Positions 36,269-45,404 of a DNA stretch of 64,000 nucleotides are shown here, piece by piece. Position numbers and translations under genes: made by a program. How positions within the stretch are numbered: position 1 is the first letter of the stretch; each line of letters begins with the position of its first letter. The notes under the pieces were generated by a model. It saw only the letters and a program-made list of their open reading frames with translations. It was not told the origin of the DNA and ran no database searches. Location: assembly GCA_029856155.1 (NCBI GenBank), contig JAHQWL010000055.1, positions 99,872 to 163,871 on the forward strand. The letters run 5' to 3'. The stretch comes from Promethearchaeia archaeon (GTDB taxonomy: Archaea; Asgardarchaeota; Lokiarchaeia; Sigyniarchaeales; SOKP01).

Positions 36269-37939
36269 TTATTTTTCTCGAATCGGTATATATAGATCAA
36301 GTTCAGAAGTATCAGAATCTTTCTGAAATCTCTGATCATACCATTCAAATTCGGGAGCAAACGGTACACGTTCATATCTAGAATTGTTAGGAAGCCATTC
36401 TCCATAGATAAAATCAAAAGTTTCTCCTAAATTGTCTAGTTTCCCCAGATGAGTGAATACAGCATATTTTTGAGCAGGAAATTTTTCTATGATGAGTTCT
36501 TCGGGTATAATTTCGACTTTAAGTATTTCTTGTGCTACAATATAACGATCTTCGCCCTTTTTAAGCAGTTCCTTAGAACTTAAACTTATCCCTAATCCAT
36601 GAGAACCATCTCTATTTTGCACTTTATAAATAATCTCATAGAATTTTGCCCACATTTGAGGCACGTTCCGTTTTTCTCTTTTACCAACGTCTTCGATTCC
36701 CACTATCTGAAAAGCTTCTTTTTCTACAATTTTAGGACCTCTTATGAAAAGTTTAAAAACCTTCGAGAATTCTTGACCTTCTCCTAAAACTAAATGTACT
36801 TTTTCTAATTCATAAGGAATATTAATCTCCTGAGGACATTTCTCAAGACACTCACCACATTGAACACATAGAGCAGCATTTCCATTATTTCTGCTTTCAT
36901 TTAGTTCTTCCTTAGTTTTTGCAAAATAATCATAATATTTAATAAACTCTTCACGATTTTCTACCCAAAGGAGTTCATTTAACATTCCAAAATTTTTTGG
37001 TATATTTACACCTGATGGACAAGGTTGACAATAGTAGCAAAGGGTACAAGGTATTAAGGACTTAGTTTTGAATCGGATTGCCATATCAGAGATAATATTT
37101 AATTCTTCTGGACTAAGAGAATTAATTCCTGATTTATTTGCACTTTCTATATTTTCTATTACGTGATCTAATGTACTCATTCCAGATAGAGCAACTGAGA
37201 CTCCGGGATGGTTCCATACGTATTGTAGTGCCCAACTTGCTGCTGACCTTTTAATAGGTGCATTCTCTATAATATTTTCAATTTCTTTTGTTGTTTTTGT
37301 TAGAAATCCTCCTTTAATAGGTTCCATTACTACGATTGCTATACCCTTACTTGCTGCATATTCTAAACCTTTTGTTGTTGCTTGTGTATTATGATCAACA
37401 AAATTCCATTGAATTTGAGTCATATCCCAATTATAAAAATCAATGATTTCTTTAAATACATCATAAGAGTCATGGAAGGAAAATCCTATATGTCTAATTT
37501 TTCCTGCAGTCTTCGCCTCTTCCATTTTCTCTATAAATTCATATTTTTTAACTAATTCAAAAGTTCGTTTGCTTAGGCCGTGGAATAAATAGATGTCTAG
37601 ATAATTAGTCTGTAATTTCTCCAATTGAGTGTTAAGGTAATTATCAAAATCTTCCCTTTTAGTTACTCTCCAAATTGGAAGTTTGGTGACCAACTTAATT
37701 TTTTCACGGTACCCGTCCTTTAATGCTTTACCAACTATGATTTCACTAGTTTCATTATGATACGGAAAAGCTGTATCAAAATAATTTACACCATTATCAA
37801 TAGCATATCTAATCATTTTTATAGCTACTTCTTCATCAATCACTTCATTTCCATTTTCTTTCTTAGTAGGAAGTCTCATACATCCAAAGCCTAATACTGA
37901 TACGTCCCAATCTAATGATCCCATTTTTCGATATTTCAT
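36269..37939 (-). CDS. Aldo/keto reductase with 4Fe-4S dicluster and C-terminal GyrI-like domain
   Basis: LGFGCMRLP, GVNYFDTA, CTLCYYCQPCP, CVQCGECLEKCP; tail YAVFTHLG...FIYGEWLP...FEWYD...LYIPI. Confidence 0.88.
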   Translation of the reverse strand: MKYRKMGSLDWDVSVLGFGCMRLPTKKENGNEVIDEEVAIKMIRYAIDNGVNYFDTAFPYHNETSEIIVGKALKDGYREKIKLVTKLPIWRVTKREDFDNYLNTQLEKLQTNYLDIYLFHGLSKRTFELVKKYEFIEKMEEAKTAGKIRHIGFSFHDSYDVFKEIIDFYNWDMTQIQWNFVDHNTQATTKGLEYAASKGIAIVVMEPIKGGFLTKTTKEIENIIENAPIKRSAASWALQYVWNHPGVSVALSGMSTLDHVIENIESANKSGINSLSPEELNIISDMAIRFKTKSLIPCTLCYYCQPCPSGVNIPKNFGMLNELLWVENREEFIKYYDYFAKTKEELNESRNNGNAALCVQCGECLEKCPQEINIPYELEKVHLVLGEGQEFSKVFKLFIRGPKIVEKEAFQIVGIEDVGKREKRNVPQMWAKFYEIIYKVQNRDGSHGLGISLSSKELLKKGEDRYIVAQEILKVEIIPEELIIEKFPAQKYAVFTHLGKLDNLGETFDFIYGEWLPNNSRYERVPFAPEFEWYDQRFQKDSDTSELDLYIPIREK

Positions 37940-38057
37940 TTTTTCTTTTTTATTTCTTTTTTTTTTTTTATATATAAACTTAATATACGTATTATATTTA
38001 TAGTTTCGAAGATTTATAATAGATAAGAATTAAGATTGATAAACAGGTAATTATGAA

Positions 38058-39089
38058 ATGATTGAAACGAGTATTACTAAAATGTTTGGGATAAAATACC
38101 CAATATTTAGCGCCCCAATGGGACCATTTTTCACGCGTGATTTAGCATTAGCAGTATGTGAAGCTGGTGGATTGGGAGTATTATCAAATGTTAATATTGT
38201 GGGGACTGATCCTGTTAAGGAACATGTTGCAAGTATAGAATATATGATTGAACACACAGATAAACCATTTGGGCTTAACATTCTTACTTCTCGCAATAAT
38301 GTTGGAGTTCGAGAAATGGTAAGAAAATTGCCACAAATTGTTCTGAAGAATCCTAAAATGAGGGATCAATGTAAATATTGGCTTACTTCAGCAGGTTCTT
38401 CAAAATTTCTCCCAGGCTCTAAATATTTCCAAGAATTAAGGGAAAATTCGGAAGTTAAGCATTTTCATGTAGCACCTGCCGTATGGTTAGCACAGAAATG
38501 CGTGGATGCTGGTGTAGATGGGATAGTGGTTACTGGCACTGAAGGAGGTGGTCATCAATCTTATGAAAGAGTTTCAACACTCGTATTGCTACAACAGGTT
38601 AATAAAGTTTTTCCTAATTTACCCAAAATAGCATGTGGAGGATTTGCTACAGGAGAGGGACTGAGTGCAGCACTTTCCTTAGGCGCAGGAGCTATAGCTA
38701 TGGGTTCTCGATTTATTGCTTCAAGACAAAGTGAATTTCATGAAAAATATAAAGCATTAGTTCCACCAGGGATACCGCAAAATACTGGGCTTTACACTGG
38801 AGCATTTGGTCCTATTCGTTTGTACAAAAATGAATATGCTCTACGACATCCTGCACCCGGTTCTAAAGAGGAGATGATAGCTTATGAACAATCTATAAGC
38901 CCTGAACAAAGAGCCCATGATTTAGGGGCTTATGATAGGGTTTATAACGGAGATATTGAAACTGGCGCCGTATTACTAGGTCAATCAATTGGTATTATTG
39001 ATAGTATTGACGATGTCAATGATATTATTGAAAGAATAATGAAGGAAGCAGAAAATGCAATTCGAAATAATTATTCTTTATTAAAATAA
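38058..39089 (+). CDS. Nitronate monooxygenase / FabK-like FMN enzyme
   Basis: FGIKYPIFSAPMG, EAGGLG, EGGGH, ACGG, MGSRF, GQSIG. Confidence 0.88.
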   Translation: MIETSITKMFGIKYPIFSAPMGPFFTRDLALAVCEAGGLGVLSNVNIVGTDPVKEHVASIEYMIEHTDKPFGLNILTSRNNVGVREMVRKLPQIVLKNPKMRDQCKYWLTSAGSSKFLPGSKYFQELRENSEVKHFHVAPAVWLAQKCVDAGVDGIVVTGTEGGGHQSYERVSTLVLLQQVNKVFPNLPKIACGGFATGEGLSAALSLGAGAIAMGSRFIASRQSEFHEKYKALVPPGIPQNTGLYTGAFGPIRLYKNEYALRHPAPGSKEEMIAYEQSISPEQRAHDLGAYDRVYNGDIETGAVLLGQSIGIIDSIDDVNDIIERIMKEAENAIRNNYSLLK

Positions 39090-39128
39090 CAAATAAAGTA
39101 AATTAAATTATATAGAGAATGATAAAAA

Positions 39129-40271
39129 TTGAAAGAAACACTAGATAAAAACCTATATAACAAATATAAAAAAGTAACTCAAGCAATAAATAGTGCTGGG
39201 GGTACTCCATTTGCGGTTAATGATATACTAATTTCGATTGTTAAGCATATCACATCTGAAGAAGATTTAGATTTCATTCTGGTTTTCAAAAAACAAAAGT
39301 CTCAAACAATGGAACAACTAAAGTTAAGTAGCAATTTAACTGAGGAAGAAATTTTAAAAAAAGTTAAAAAATTAGCGAAGAAGGGACTTATTTTTAATCA
39401 ACCAAACCGACAAGGAGTATTGGTCTTTAGATTAATGCCATTTATAAATGTGGGTGTTTTTGAATATACATTTATGAAAAAGCTCGAATATACTAATGAA
39501 GAGAAAGAAATAGCTGACCTATTTGCAAAGTTATTCAAAGAATCAAGAGAACTGTGGGTCTCGAATTATGATATCCTTGACAGCTACTTAGAAAGGATGC
39601 AACCAATAGATAGAACAATTCCTTTTACTGAAAATAAAGAAACTGGAAAGGAAATTAATATCACTATTAATAAAGAATTAGAAGTGCCTGAACAGAAGAT
39701 ACTACCTACTCAAAGAGTAGAAGAATTAGTAGAGAAGTTTGATGAGATTGCAGTTGGGCACTGTTTTTGTCGTCACCATAAAGATCTATTAGGAAAATCT
39801 TGTAAACAAACTGATATAAGGGAAAACTGTTTTACTTTTGGTAAATCTGCACGATATACATCTGAACAGGGATTTAGTAGACTAATATCAAAAGATGAGG
39901 CCTTGAAGATTCTAAAACAATCTGAGCACGATGGATTGGTCCATAAAGCATTTCATCCCCATTTTGACATAAAAAGAGATGAGACCAGTATTTGCAATTG
40001 TTGTACCTGTTGTTGCGGAAATTTTGGAAATCCTACCGTTAATGCAACTAATTATTTCGCTCAGGTTAATCAAGATCTTTGTGTAGGATGTGGAACTTGT
40101 GTTGAAAAATGTTCTACTAGTTCTATGCAGTTGAATGAAGAGGGGAAGGCTGAAAGAATTGGAGAATATTGTATAGGATGTGGAGTATGTGCATATTTTT
40201 GTCCAGAAAATGCCATATCCCTAGTTGAAGATAAGAGAATAGTGAGAATATTACCTCCTCGCCCAACTTAA
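39129..40271 (+). CDS. Cys-rich 4Fe-4S binding protein with N-terminal helical/wHTH-like region
   Basis: CFCR, ICNCCTCCC, CVGCGTCVEKC, CIGCGVCAYFCP. Confidence 0.8.
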   Translation: MKETLDKNLYNKYKKVTQAINSAGGTPFAVNDILISIVKHITSEEDLDFILVFKKQKSQTMEQLKLSSNLTEEEILKKVKKLAKKGLIFNQPNRQGVLVFRLMPFINVGVFEYTFMKKLEYTNEEKEIADLFAKLFKESRELWVSNYDILDSYLERMQPIDRTIPFTENKETGKEINITINKELEVPEQKILPTQRVEELVEKFDEIAVGHCFCRHHKDLLGKSCKQTDIRENCFTFGKSARYTSEQGFSRLISKDEALKILKQSEHDGLVHKAFHPHFDIKRDETSICNCCTCCCGNFGNPTVNATNYFAQVNQDLCVGCGTCVEKCSTSSMQLNEEGKAERIGEYCIGCGVCAYFCPENAISLVEDKRIVRILPPRPT

Positions 40272-40425
40272 AATAACACTTTTTTTTTAATTTTTTATTT
40301 TATTAATCATACGATTTTTTCAAATATACATATTATATTTAAGTTATTGATAATTAATATGATTAGGCAAAATTGATATTAAGCTTGAAATTAATATAAT
40401 TATATCAGACTCTATATAAAAACTA

Positions 40426-41145
40426 ATGGAGAAATTTATGAGCGAGAAATCAAGTAAAAAACAAACTCGAAGTCGCTCTCCTGAAAAAAAAGCAGCTCAA
40501 TTTGAACAAATTTTAGAAGCAGGAAAAAATTTATTCTTGGAAAAAGGAAGAGATGGGTTTAGCTTGCGGGGGTTAGCTAAAATTCTTGGAATGAATCAGA
40601 ATAATCTGTACAATTATGTTGAGAGTAAAAGAGAACTGTGGATAGCTATTCGAAATAAATTTTTTAAACAATATAGGGATGAAAATATTGAAATTATGAA
40701 AGTTCACGATGGACCTACAACTGATCTTTTAATGAAAATCTTTAGTAACTTTTTAGAGTTTGCTGGTAAGGATTTTGGTGCTTTTAGCATGATGCATCTC
40801 ACAGAATCTCCCCCTTCTGACAAGATAGGACCTTTCGAAAAAGAATATCAGGAATTTAATTATTTAAGAGGGACAGCTAGAGTTGTACAAAATGCAATTG
40901 AAGCAAAAGAAATTAAGCAATCTAATCCGGGATTGATAACTTTCTTTACTTATAGTTTAATATTAGGTGCAGCTATAGTAGAACGAAATATGAGGTTGCT
41001 TGAGCAAAACCCTGATTTTGAAGGAGATTATGTCAGTGAAATCTTAACATTTAAGCAAACTGATTTTGGCAGTACAGAATTTCGTAATTATGTTGTAGAA
41101 AAATTAGAATTAATTTTAAAAAACTCAAATTTAGATAAAAAATAA
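40426..41145 (+). CDS. TetR/AcrR family transcriptional regulator
   Basis: ILEAGKNLFLEKGRDGFSLRGLAKILGMNQNNLYNYVESKREL HTH. Confidence 0.9.
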   Translation: MEKFMSEKSSKKQTRSRSPEKKAAQFEQILEAGKNLFLEKGRDGFSLRGLAKILGMNQNNLYNYVESKRELWIAIRNKFFKQYRDENIEIMKVHDGPTTDLLMKIFSNFLEFAGKDFGAFSMMHLTESPPSDKIGPFEKEYQEFNYLRGTARVVQNAIEAKEIKQSNPGLITFFTYSLILGAAIVERNMRLLEQNPDFEGDYVSEILTFKQTDFGSTEFRNYVVEKLELILKNSNLDKK

Positions 41146-41455
41146 AAAAGAAGAATGGATTTTTTTTGATTATTCTTTTGGATATAATAACATCCTCTTT
41201 ATCTTAAATAATTTAAAATAAAACACTTGGATTTCTTAAGAAAATTGTACTTTTATTTTCTACCATAATTTCACTCCTCTATTTTGTAAATTAAAGTGAT
41301 TATGAAATATCTATACTTTTTTGTATATAAAATTGAATAGTTATGACACATTTGTAGTTTTTTCTGCCAATTTAATGACATCTATATAGATTTCACAATT
41401 TTATTTATTAATAAATGAAATTTTATTTTAAAATACTTAATTTTTTAGTGATAAG

Positions 41456-42583
41456 ATGGTAAATAAAGAAGTTTGGGAAAAAGTAGTTCTTCAGCAGCTT
41501 GAATTACCAAATCAAGTGAATATACCAAACAGAATTTGGCGAGCTGCTACTTGGATGGGTATGGCAAATCCTGATGGGACAGTAAATGATACTGTAATAG
41601 ATACTTATAGTAAAATTAAAGCGGGTTTAGTATTTACCGGTTTTCAATATGTCTCTCCCGAAGGGAAATCTCTTATCGGCCAACTTTCAAACTCGAAACC
41701 AGAAGATCTCCCAGGTTTAAAACGCCTAGCTGATGCAATACATTCAACAGGAAGTTTGGCTGGAGCTCAATTGGTTCATTGTGGCGGGGCAGCTAATCCG
41801 AGATTTTGTCATGGAGATGTATCCTTTGGACCTAGTGATGGAGAATTTCGAATCCCTACAGGGGGGATAAAAAAAGTTAAAGCTATGACCATAGAACAGA
41901 TCGAAAGTGTAACACAAGACTACGTTGAAGCAGCGAAACGCGCAGTAGATGCTGGATTTGATGTGATCAATGTTCATGGCGCTCATGGGTACCAACTTTG
42001 GCAATTTTTTGACCCTAATACAAATAAACGACCTAAGGATGATCCATACAATAGCACATCTTTAGAAGGGCGCTCTAAAGCTCTGATTGAGGTGATATTG
42101 GCGATAAAAAAAGTTGTAGATGTACCGATTTTTGTAAAAGTAAATTCAAGCTCATCTGGGACGAAACCAGAAGAGGTTGGAGAACTAGTAAAGAAAATTG
42201 CTCACGCTGGAGCACATCTCGTGATTATAAGTGGTTCAAGATCAACTCAGAATCCTAAAGAAGTAGGTGAAGCATACTTTTTAGAAAAAGCTATGAAAAT
42301 TAAAGAGATTACGGGGGATACTGATATTTTATTTGCATTAGTTGGGGGAATTCGGACACCTAAAACAATAGTGAGGTTACTTTCGGGTAATGGAAGCAAA
42401 AAAGCAAGGTTTGATGCGATCGAGCTTTGTCGCCCATTCATATGTGAACCAGCTCTTATCGATCGTTGGAATTTGGAAACAAAAATGGGAAACCAAAACC
42501 CCGCAAGATGTATATCATGTATGGGATGTTTTGAACCCGCATTTTCCGGAAGCGGAACTCAATGTACGTCCTTTAAGGATTAA
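41456..42583 (+). CDS. NADH:flavin oxidoreductase (Old Yellow Enzyme family)
   Basis: NRIWRAAT, QLVHCG, AGFDVINVHGAHGY, RPFICEP, CISCMGC. Confidence 0.9.
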   Translation: MVNKEVWEKVVLQQLELPNQVNIPNRIWRAATWMGMANPDGTVNDTVIDTYSKIKAGLVFTGFQYVSPEGKSLIGQLSNSKPEDLPGLKRLADAIHSTGSLAGAQLVHCGGAANPRFCHGDVSFGPSDGEFRIPTGGIKKVKAMTIEQIESVTQDYVEAAKRAVDAGFDVINVHGAHGYQLWQFFDPNTNKRPKDDPYNSTSLEGRSKALIEVILAIKKVVDVPIFVKVNSSSSGTKPEEVGELVKKIAHAGAHLVIISGSRSTQNPKEVGEAYFLEKAMKIKEITGDTDILFALVGGIRTPKTIVRLLSGNGSKKARFDAIELCRPFICEPALIDRWNLETKMGNQNPARCISCMGCFEPAFSGSGTQCTSFKD

Positions 42584-42667
42584 AAATCATAAAGAAAAAT
42601 TAAAAAACATTATTTAAATATACATAACACATTAATCTATCTGAATTAAAAAAATTAATAATCTTAA

Positions 42668-43621
42668 GTGAAAAATATGGGAATGTTAGATGGAAAGGTT
42701 GCTATAATTACTGGAGCAGGTCGTGGTGTAGGGCGTGAAGAAGCCTTAGCTATGGCTAAAGCTGGTTGTAATTTAGTTATTAATGATATTGGTGGGGGTT
42801 CGAGTGATTTAGAGCAAGAAACAAGAATTGCAGAAGGGGTAGTTGAGGAGTGTAAAAAACTAGGAATTAAAGCCGTGGCAAATTATGATTCAGTTGTTGA
42901 TTTCAATAAGGCAAAGGGCATGTTAGATCAAGCAATTTCGGAATTTGGGAAATTACATATTGTTGTAAATAATGCGGGTGTATTACGGGATAGGATGATT
43001 TTCAATATGACAGAAGCGGAATTTGATACAGTTATTGCTGTGCATTTAAAGGGTACTTTTAATTTAACCAGACACGCTGCTGAATATTTTAGAGAAAAGG
43101 GAAAGGAAGATCCTAGCTTAAAAAATTTTGGAAGAATCATTAATACTGCTTCCGATTCTGGCTTATACGGAAATGTAGGTCAATCTAATTATGGTGCTGC
43201 TAAATCAGGTATTGCAACTTTCACTTTAATTGTATCTCGAGAATTAGCCAAATACGCAACTGTTAATTGTGTTGTTCCTAGTGCTAGAACTCGAATGACA
43301 ACTGATTTAACACCAAAAATGGTTGAATGGATGAATACGAAAACTGATGATGGATTTGACATATTTAATCCTTCACATTTTGCTCCATTGGTGGTATACC
43401 TTGCTTCTGATGCAGCTAGTAAAATAAATGGGGAGATATTTAGAGCAATCGGTGATAAAGTTTGGGTTTATAGTGGATGGCGCGCCGTTAATAAAATATC
43501 TAATAACTGGAAACCATTCACTCCTGAACAACTAGCCGAAAGGGTCGAATCAGAATTAATGAAGGATTTACCTGATAAAAGAGAAGGTGCCATCACCCCC
43601 AAAGAAATATTCAATCAATGA
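42668..43621 (+). CDS. SDR, MFE-2/(3R)-hydroxyacyl-CoA dehydrogenase-like
   Basis: TGAGRGVGR, INDIGG, NNAGVLRD, GNVGQSNYGAAK, ARTRMT. Confidence 0.88.
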   Translation: MKNMGMLDGKVAIITGAGRGVGREEALAMAKAGCNLVINDIGGGSSDLEQETRIAEGVVEECKKLGIKAVANYDSVVDFNKAKGMLDQAISEFGKLHIVVNNAGVLRDRMIFNMTEAEFDTVIAVHLKGTFNLTRHAAEYFREKGKEDPSLKNFGRIINTASDSGLYGNVGQSNYGAAKSGIATFTLIVSRELAKYATVNCVVPSARTRMTTDLTPKMVEWMNTKTDDGFDIFNPSHFAPLVVYLASDAASKINGEIFRAIGDKVWVYSGWRAVNKISNNWKPFTPEQLAERVESELMKDLPDKREGAITPKEIFNQ

Positions 43622-43649
43622 TATTTAATATTTTTTTATTATTTTAAAA

Positions 43650-44504
43650 ATGTTAGGAGGGATGAAAATGCCAAAAATAAATTTGGATGCTATAGGTCAA
43701 ACTAAAGAAAGTGTTTTTGAATATAATTGGAAAGATGTAGTACTTTATGCTCTAGGGATAGGAGCACAACCAGAAGAATTACCATTTCTATATGAACGGA
43801 ATCCTGGAGGTGTGAAAGTATTCCCAAGCTATGCGGTTATTGCAGGAGATGGAGCTGCTCCATTAGAAAAGCTTGGGAGAATCGATTTTTCTCGATATAT
43901 TCATGGGGAGCAGTACATAAAACTTTACAGCCCATTTCCATCACAGGGAAAAATTAGAAGAAAAGGAACAATAACTCATATCTTTGATAAGGGAAAGAGT
44001 GCTGTAATTCATTCACTAAGACAGGGCTATACAGAAAAGGGTGAGCATATATTTGATGCAAAATGGGTACATGTCTATCTAGATGCGGGAGGATTTGGTG
44101 GGGATCCAGGGCCAAAATCTGCACCTATAAATCCACCAGAGGGAGTTGACCCCGATTTCAGTATTTCATATAAAATATCAGAAAATCAAGCCGCTATCTA
44201 TAGACTTAGTGGTGATTTTAATCCTTTACATATAGATCCTGAATTTGCTAGTCGAAGTGGTAGGTTTAGAGCGCCAATCCTCCACGGGTTATGTACATAT
44301 GGATTCACAGCTCGTGCAATATTGTATGGAGTATGTGATGGTGAAATCTCACGATTTAAAGAGTTTAGTGCAAGATTTTCCTCACCAGTTTACCCAGGCG
44401 ATACACTTACAACAGAAGGTTGGAAAGAGAAAGATAAATATATTATTCAAGCTCGTACCGGACAAAACATTGTCATTAGTAATAGTTATGCAGTAATAGA
44501 ATAA
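43650..44504 (+). CDS. (R)-specific enoyl-CoA hydratase 2 (double hot-dog, MFE-2 hydratase-like)
   Basis: LYALGIGA, IHGEQY, hydratase-2 motif YRLSGDFNPLHIDP, PILHGLCTYG. Confidence 0.92.
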   Translation: MLGGMKMPKINLDAIGQTKESVFEYNWKDVVLYALGIGAQPEELPFLYERNPGGVKVFPSYAVIAGDGAAPLEKLGRIDFSRYIHGEQYIKLYSPFPSQGKIRRKGTITHIFDKGKSAVIHSLRQGYTEKGEHIFDAKWVHVYLDAGGFGGDPGPKSAPINPPEGVDPDFSISYKISENQAAIYRLSGDFNPLHIDPEFASRSGRFRAPILHGLCTYGFTARAILYGVCDGEISRFKEFSARFSSPVYPGDTLTTEGWKEKDKYIIQARTGQNIVISNSYAVIE

Positions 44505-44572
44505 GTATGGCTTATTTCTATGCCAATTATAATTTCTAAGTAAAAAAATAAATATATAATGGAAACGTAATT

Positions 44573-45351
44573 ATGACAGAGCAAATTTCAACTAAGATTG
44601 AAAATAGAGTATATCATATAATATTAAACAGACCAGAGAAAAAAATACGTTAATAAAAGCTATGTATAGTAGTATGGCTGATGCATTTGTAGAAGCAGAG
44701 AACAACAAAAACATAAGGGTAATACTAATATACGGTAATGGAGACTCATTTTGTGCTGGGAATGATTTAAAAGACTTTCATGATATAGATTATTTCTCTA
44801 GTACTGAAGAACAATCTTCAGTATATTTTATGTCATGTTTAATGAAATCCAAAAAACCAATAATTGCAGCCGTACATGGCTATGCTATTGGAATTGGAAC
44901 TACATTGTTGTTACAGTGTGATTTACTTTATGCAGCTGAAGATGCGAAATTTCAATTTCCATTTACAAATTTAGGATTAGTACCTGAATTCGGATCGACA
45001 TTTAATCTCCCAGAATTAGTTGGAAAGTTTCGTGCTGCTGAGCTATTATTTTTCGGCGATTTCTTTACAGCAGAAGAAGCACATGAAATGGGAATGGTAA
45101 ATAAAGTATTCCCAAAAAATGAGTTGATTGATAAAGCTATAACGATTGCAGAACAACTGGCAGAACGACCACCAATAGCTTTGAGATCAACAAAAGAATT
45201 AATGAAAAAATATCATAAAGGAATTTTAGAGAAACTAATGCCTGAGGAAGGTGCAGAATTTGTAAGGAGACAAGTATCTTCTGAGGCACAAGAAGCATTT
45301 GCAGCTTTTTTGAAGGTAGAAAGCCGGATTTCTCGAAATTATAATAATTAG
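44573..45351 (+). pseudogene. Enoyl-CoA delta-isomerase-like crotonase with two single-base frameshifts (pseudogene or sequencing error)
   Basis: Likely true start at 44573 (MTEQISTKIENRVYHIILNRPEKK) shifts in A7 at 44639-44645; T6 at 45306-45311 hides the consensus end FFEGRKPDFSKL*; core has FCAGND, GIGTTLL, VPEFGS. Confidence 0.8.
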
Positions 45352-45404
45352 AGTATACTAAGATATAAAAATAAAGATATAAGTAATTAAAAAGAGACGA
45401 TATT

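Noticed and set aside
37940-37970. T13 tract in the AKR/NMO divergent promoter as a phase-variation switch
   Set aside because: Long A/T runs are common in the intergenic DNA here; no evidence of length variation without reads
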